Source of the DNA: Azolla caroliniana
Taxonomy: Eukaryota > Plantae > Polypodiophyta
Direction of reading: 5' to 3'
Length of the DNA: 64,000 nucleotides
Assembly: GCA_043228905.1 (NCBI GenBank)
Contig: JBHGNT010000007.1
Location: 11,036,001-11,100,000, forward strand
Part shown: positions 59,556-64,000 of the stretch, piece after piece
How positions within the stretch are numbered: the first letter of the stretch is position 1
Layout of the letters: each line of letters begins with the position of its first letter
Position numbers and translations under genes: made by a program
Notes under the pieces: generated by a model
The model's input: only the letters and a program-made list of their open reading frames with translations
What the model was told of the DNA's origin: nothing
Databases searched by the model: none

Positions 59556-60680
59556 TGTTGGGGACAAGGTCGTCAGTGTGGAAGAACAAACAACATCTAT
59601 GATGTTGAAGGACCTGTGTATGAGAATGAACAAGATACACACAGATAGAGAGAGAGAGAGATAGGCACAAAGAAACGTTTTATCTCTTAATAACAACAGT
59701 TGCAAATGACAACTGACGTTCACTAAAGGTTACAAAGTCACTTTATATAGTGACTATCCTAGGGCAACTGCCCGTTATGCTATTTACAGAAATAGCCCAA
59801 ACTTGGGCTGTCCAAAGGGATAGTGTGAATATGGCCATTATACACTCATATTCGTCGTTCTAGTCGGTCTTGAACCCGAGTCGGTTTGGTTTCAGATACT
59901 TGTTTGCTGAACCTTCTTGGAGTGACTCCTGTTAGCTTCCGATTGTATGCCGAATACCAATCACAAAGGAAACCGATTGTTTAGGTCGATTATGCTTCGG
60001 ATGACTGCAATGATGAGAGGGACAAATCCAACTGATCCTCCCGAATGAAGCACGAATTTGGTTGTTGCTTGGAGACCAATTTGCAGCGGGTGGTTACAAC
60101 AAGCGGGTGAATAGCGTCCGGTGACCTATTTGGATGTTGTTTAACCAAATGAAGCACGATTGGGTTGGGTGTTGCACAAGGAGCTCACCTCAAGTGGTTA
60201 CAATCACAGGAATAGAGTATAGCCGATTAGCTTACTCCAATTAGTGATTTAACACAGTGAGATGCAGACTTCTTGTTTGTCTTCTCTCTTCTCTGTTCTT
60301 CAAGAAAAACAGAAACAGAGTGTTGTGTGGTGTACTATGACGGCCGACGGCAGGTTCAAGAACCTCCAACGCTCTGATACCAAATGTTGGGGACAAGGTC
60401 GTCAGTGCGGAAGAACAAACAACATCTGTGATGTTGAAGGGCCTATGTATGAGAATGAACAAGATACACAGATAGAGAGAGAGATAGGCACAAAGAAACA
60501 TTTTATCTCTTAATAGCAACAGTTGCAAATGACAACCGACGTTCACTAAAGGTTACAAAGTCACTTTATATAGTGACTATCCTAGGGCAACTGCCCTTTA
60601 TGCTATTTACAAAAATAGCCCAAACTTGGGCCGTCCAAAGGGACAGTGTGAATACAGCCATTATACACTCGTATTCGACA
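59556..60680 (-). mobile_element. Element H, 1.1-kb two-LTR deletion derivative related to Copia D
   Basis: LTRs 59556-about 59854 and 60385-60680, PBS at 60371-60382, TSD CTATT/CTGTT; only the non-coding leader is retained; LTR start TGTCGAATAC.AGTGTATAATGG matches Copia D. Confidence 0.88.
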
Positions 60681-60747
60681 CTGTTCGCCGTTGTCTCTCC
60701 GGGCCTGCGCGATCTCCAGATCGCACACCATTTGTGTCAGCTCTTCC

Positions 60748-63700
60748 AGAGCTAGCCTGAATCGGTTCAGATAGAAGATGGCGAGCTGGAGACTCTAGAA
60801 GAGAGTCCGGAATCATTTCGGTTGAGCGGACCGAACGAGCGACTGGGTCAAAGTGACCAATTGGATGAAGAACCAGCAAGTAGTGGAGACTCTGTCATGC
60901 TCTCCCCGAGCAAGGAATTGAGGAGATGGTTCACGCGCAAAGAGAAGGGGAAGAAGAAGATGTCGGAATACAAAACCAGCAACGTTGAGTCGGATCGGAG
61001 CGAACCCGACTCCGGAAAGGATGAAGGCGGATCTTCGGGAACGAAGTCTGAACCGGCCAAGAAGGGCCCCAAACCGGGTGATGACAAGTTACGCCGGTCT
61101 TCCCGCTAGAAGAACCTGGTTACGCAGTAGGTGTACAATGAGTACATGGCGCATCACTATGCGTACATGACCAAAGTGGAGGAAGTGCATGAGCCTGAGA
61201 GCTACGCAAAAGCGGCAAAGGACGCAAATTGGCGTGCCGCTATTGAAGAAGAAATGCAGGCACTCGATGCCAACGACACATGGGACCTCGTTGACCCTCC
61301 CTGACACTGTAAACCGATCGGTTGCAAATGGGTGTACAAGGTAAAGTACAATGCCGACGGTTCGGTTAACCGGTACAAGGCCTGGTTAGTGGCAAAGGGA
61401 TACGCACAGACCCACGTCATCGACTACGACGAGACCTTCGTTCTGGTAGCGAAGATGACGACGGGTCGTGTGGTACTAGCGGTTGTTGCGACAAGGGGGT
61501 GGCATCTTCACCAGATGGACATGAAGAATGTGTTTCTTCAAGGTGACCTTGAAGAACGGGTCTATATGATCCAACCTCCCAGTTTTCAGTCGGATATGAA
61601 CAAGTCTACAGTGTGCTGGCTTAAGAAGTCGCTTTACGGTCTGAAACAAGCCCCTCGAGCTTGGAATGCGAAGATCACACACCAGTTGCATAAGATGGGG
61701 TTTGTGACCTATAAATCCGACTCATTGTTGTTCATTTGGTAAGGTTCGGACAGTCCGGTTTGCATCTTGCTTTATGTAGATGATTTAGTCATCACCGGAC
61801 CCGTACTCAATGAAATCGGCCGAGTAAAGTCCCAGTTGTCAAGCACATTTGAAATGAAGGACCTGGGGGACCTTCATTATTTTCTTGGGATCGAGGTGAT
61901 CCAAACCCCCGATGGCATATTGCTCTCACAATGCCATTATGTGTTGAATATGTTCTACAAGTTCGGCATGACGGAATGCCGACTGATCTCCACACCCCTA
62001 GACCAGAACCAGAAGCTCTGTCTTGACTTTGAACCGGCCTCCGATGAGAAACAGTTCCAACAAATAGTCGGATGCCTGATATACTTGACAATCACCCGAC
62101 CCGACATCAGTTATCCGGTCAAAGTGATCAGCCAATTCATGCAAAAGCCGACCGTCGAGCACCTTTAGTGCGCACACCGGATATTCTTGTATGTTAGCGG
62201 CACGAAGGACCGGGGATTGTTATACTGACACGGTATAACTAAAGAGCTAGTCAAATACACAGATGCCGATTGGGCTGGTGATGCATCGGATTGCCGATCC
62301 ACCTCCGGATATATGTTTTCCCTTGGTAGCGCAGTTGTTGCGTGGAGCAGTAAAAAGCAGCCAACACTAGCTCTATCGAGCACTGAGGCTGAATACTAGG
62401 GCGCTACCAATGCCACTTGTGAAGCCATCTGGCTTCGGTGACTACTGCGAGATCTCCAGATCGAGGTGTCGACCCCGATCCTAATCTACTGCGACAACAT
62501 AAGCAACATACAACTCGCCAAGAATCCCGACTTCCATGCTCGCACAAAGCACATAGAAGTGCATTATCACTTCGTGCGTGAGCGGATCCTGTGCGGTGAA
62601 GTCGAACTTCGGTATGTTCAGACGGATTGGCAGGTTGCCGATATCTTCACCAAACCACTCGGATCTGACAAGTTGCAACACTTCACCGAAATACTTGGTG
62701 TTCAGCATCTCGACGTCCAACACTTGAGGGGGAGAACGGGCAAAGGCAAAGAAACTATTGACTGCATCAAACAAGGAACCGGAATGGGAAGAACCAACAA
62801 AAGGGGGAGACAAGAGGAAAAAGAAGGCCGAGTCGACGAAGGAAGTTGGCACATCCGAACAAGTCGGAACGAGCGACAACGGCGACAGAGTCAAGAAGGA
62901 GAGAGCTGATCAGAGGAGAAGGCCAAGACCCGGACATAGTCTGATTTGGTGAAGGGCCTGAAACCAGAAGACGAGTTGGAGAACACCAACTCAGACAAGA
63001 GCGGGAACGAATCGGAGACAACCGATTCGCTTCAACAGTTGGATTCAGAGGAGCTGGATCAACTAAAGGCCAAGTGGACACAGACGCATCGAAAGTCGAC
63101 GCACACACAAAGGAAACGATGGGTCGACAAGCGTCGGAGTCGCAACAGTGAGGGAGCTGAAATGGGCCGGTTGAGCAAACAAGCCGACTGAGGAGGTCGA
63201 GGTGCGTAGAACCAGAAGGGTCGCGGCAAACAGGACCGGACCGGACGAGGAGCGCGAGCAAGGCGGAACAACGCCACAAGGAGCCGAGTAGAAGAACTGG
63301 CTGCCACGAACACTAACACCACGATCCAACCTCAAGTTGAGCTTGAGGGGGAGAGTTGAGTGAGCAAGCTCAACTGGATCCGGATCAATTGAATAAACTT
63401 GAGCCGGATCGGTATTTGGAAACAACCGGCCGGATCGGGGAGATGGATCGGAGAGCCTGATTCGAGCGGGAATTGGAGGCCTAGTAGTAGCCTAGACTAC
63501 TAGGTAATCATTGTCTCGTAGTTAGTGTCAGTCGCTCGTATGAGCATTGAAGTACCTGTCAGTCCTTTATGGACTTTGTATAAATAATGTTGTTATAGCA
63601 CATTGTAGGTACAGAGTTTTAGAGTTATTTTGAATTGAGTTTATGTTCTACTCTCTCTGTGTCTCCTGCGTATACTCTCTGTGTATTAAGCTTCTCCATT

Positions 63701-63765
63701 AAACCTCTTATTCTCTGTTGCTATCCGGTTGAGCCGGTTCTGTCTAACGCTTCCGCATGTTAACA
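60748..63765 (+). mobile_element. Copia I, 5'-truncated degenerate Copia of the Copia C lineage (RT, RNase H, 3' LTR about 63354-63765)
   Basis: MAHHYAYM...EPESY, YKVKYNADGSVNRYKA, LYVDDL and TKHIEVHYHFVRE motifs; PPT GAGGGGGAG at about 63345; LTR ends TTAACA. Confidence 0.87.
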
Positions 63766-64000
63766 TTCGCACGTAAGAATATACGGGGAGGCATAAGGGG
63801 TGGGGTGGAACACGATAATGTGGTTGATGTGTATGTGTAATATGAATGAGTGTATGAGGATGAGTATGTATGTGTATGAACACATGCACATTTGGGTGCA
63901 TGTGTGCAAAGGTGAGAAAGTGGGTAAGTAATGTAACTCCCTACTTGTCTCATGCTTTATTTGTAACGGTTATCTCTTCTACTGTATAAACCCCACCCAT

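Larger units (their letters stand above)
32997..60747 (-). mobile_element. Gypsy F, degenerate non-chromovirus Ty3/Gypsy fragmented by five direct insertions; 5' end lost
   Basis: 3' LTR 32997-33792 (TGTCGTG...CACGACA); PPT GGTGGGGGTGGA at about 39072-39083; integrase 39200-40200; RNase H split at 40508/45904; RT 46350-47100 (DLYSGYDQ, FMDDIPIKG); protease about 47800-48280; gag fragments 48340-48935, 59443-59555 (CMWCDAVGH knuckle) and 60686-60747. Confidence 0.85.

Noticed and set aside
59556-60680. Mobile TRIM family member
   Set aside because: The PPT and the first bases of the 3' LTR are missing, which fits a deletion after insertion better than a transposition-competent TRIM

Overview
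Eukaryotic plant genomic DNA, most likely a non-seed land plant such as a fern (inferred from the TE lineages and intron structure). Positions 6.3-12.6 kb hold ten GT-AG exons of a minus-strand RPAP3-type TPR co-chaperone gene; its last exon(s) are not in the window. The rest is transposon-derived. From 13.4 kb to 64 kb is a nest up to six layers deep that can be reconstructed from LTR termini and target-site duplications (TSDs): Mutator remnant > hAT MITE > Copia C > Gypsy F > further elements. It contains one fully intact Copia (23207-28937, 1357-aa ORF). The most interesting object is a chromodomain-bearing Gypsy family present twice (17553-29007 minus; 34064-38616 plus). It has a self-complementary, tRNA-independent primer site, a perfect heat-shock element next to its TATA box, a -1 frameshift signal, and an antisense tRNA-like A-box/B-box (Pol III-type) cassette at the start of each LTR. 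A second, unrelated solo LTR carries a similar antisense cassette. A 27-bp TGTCA...TGACA 'micro-LTR' with a perfect 5-bp TSD retains little more than termini and a B-box. All boundaries were read by eye and none were checked by database search.
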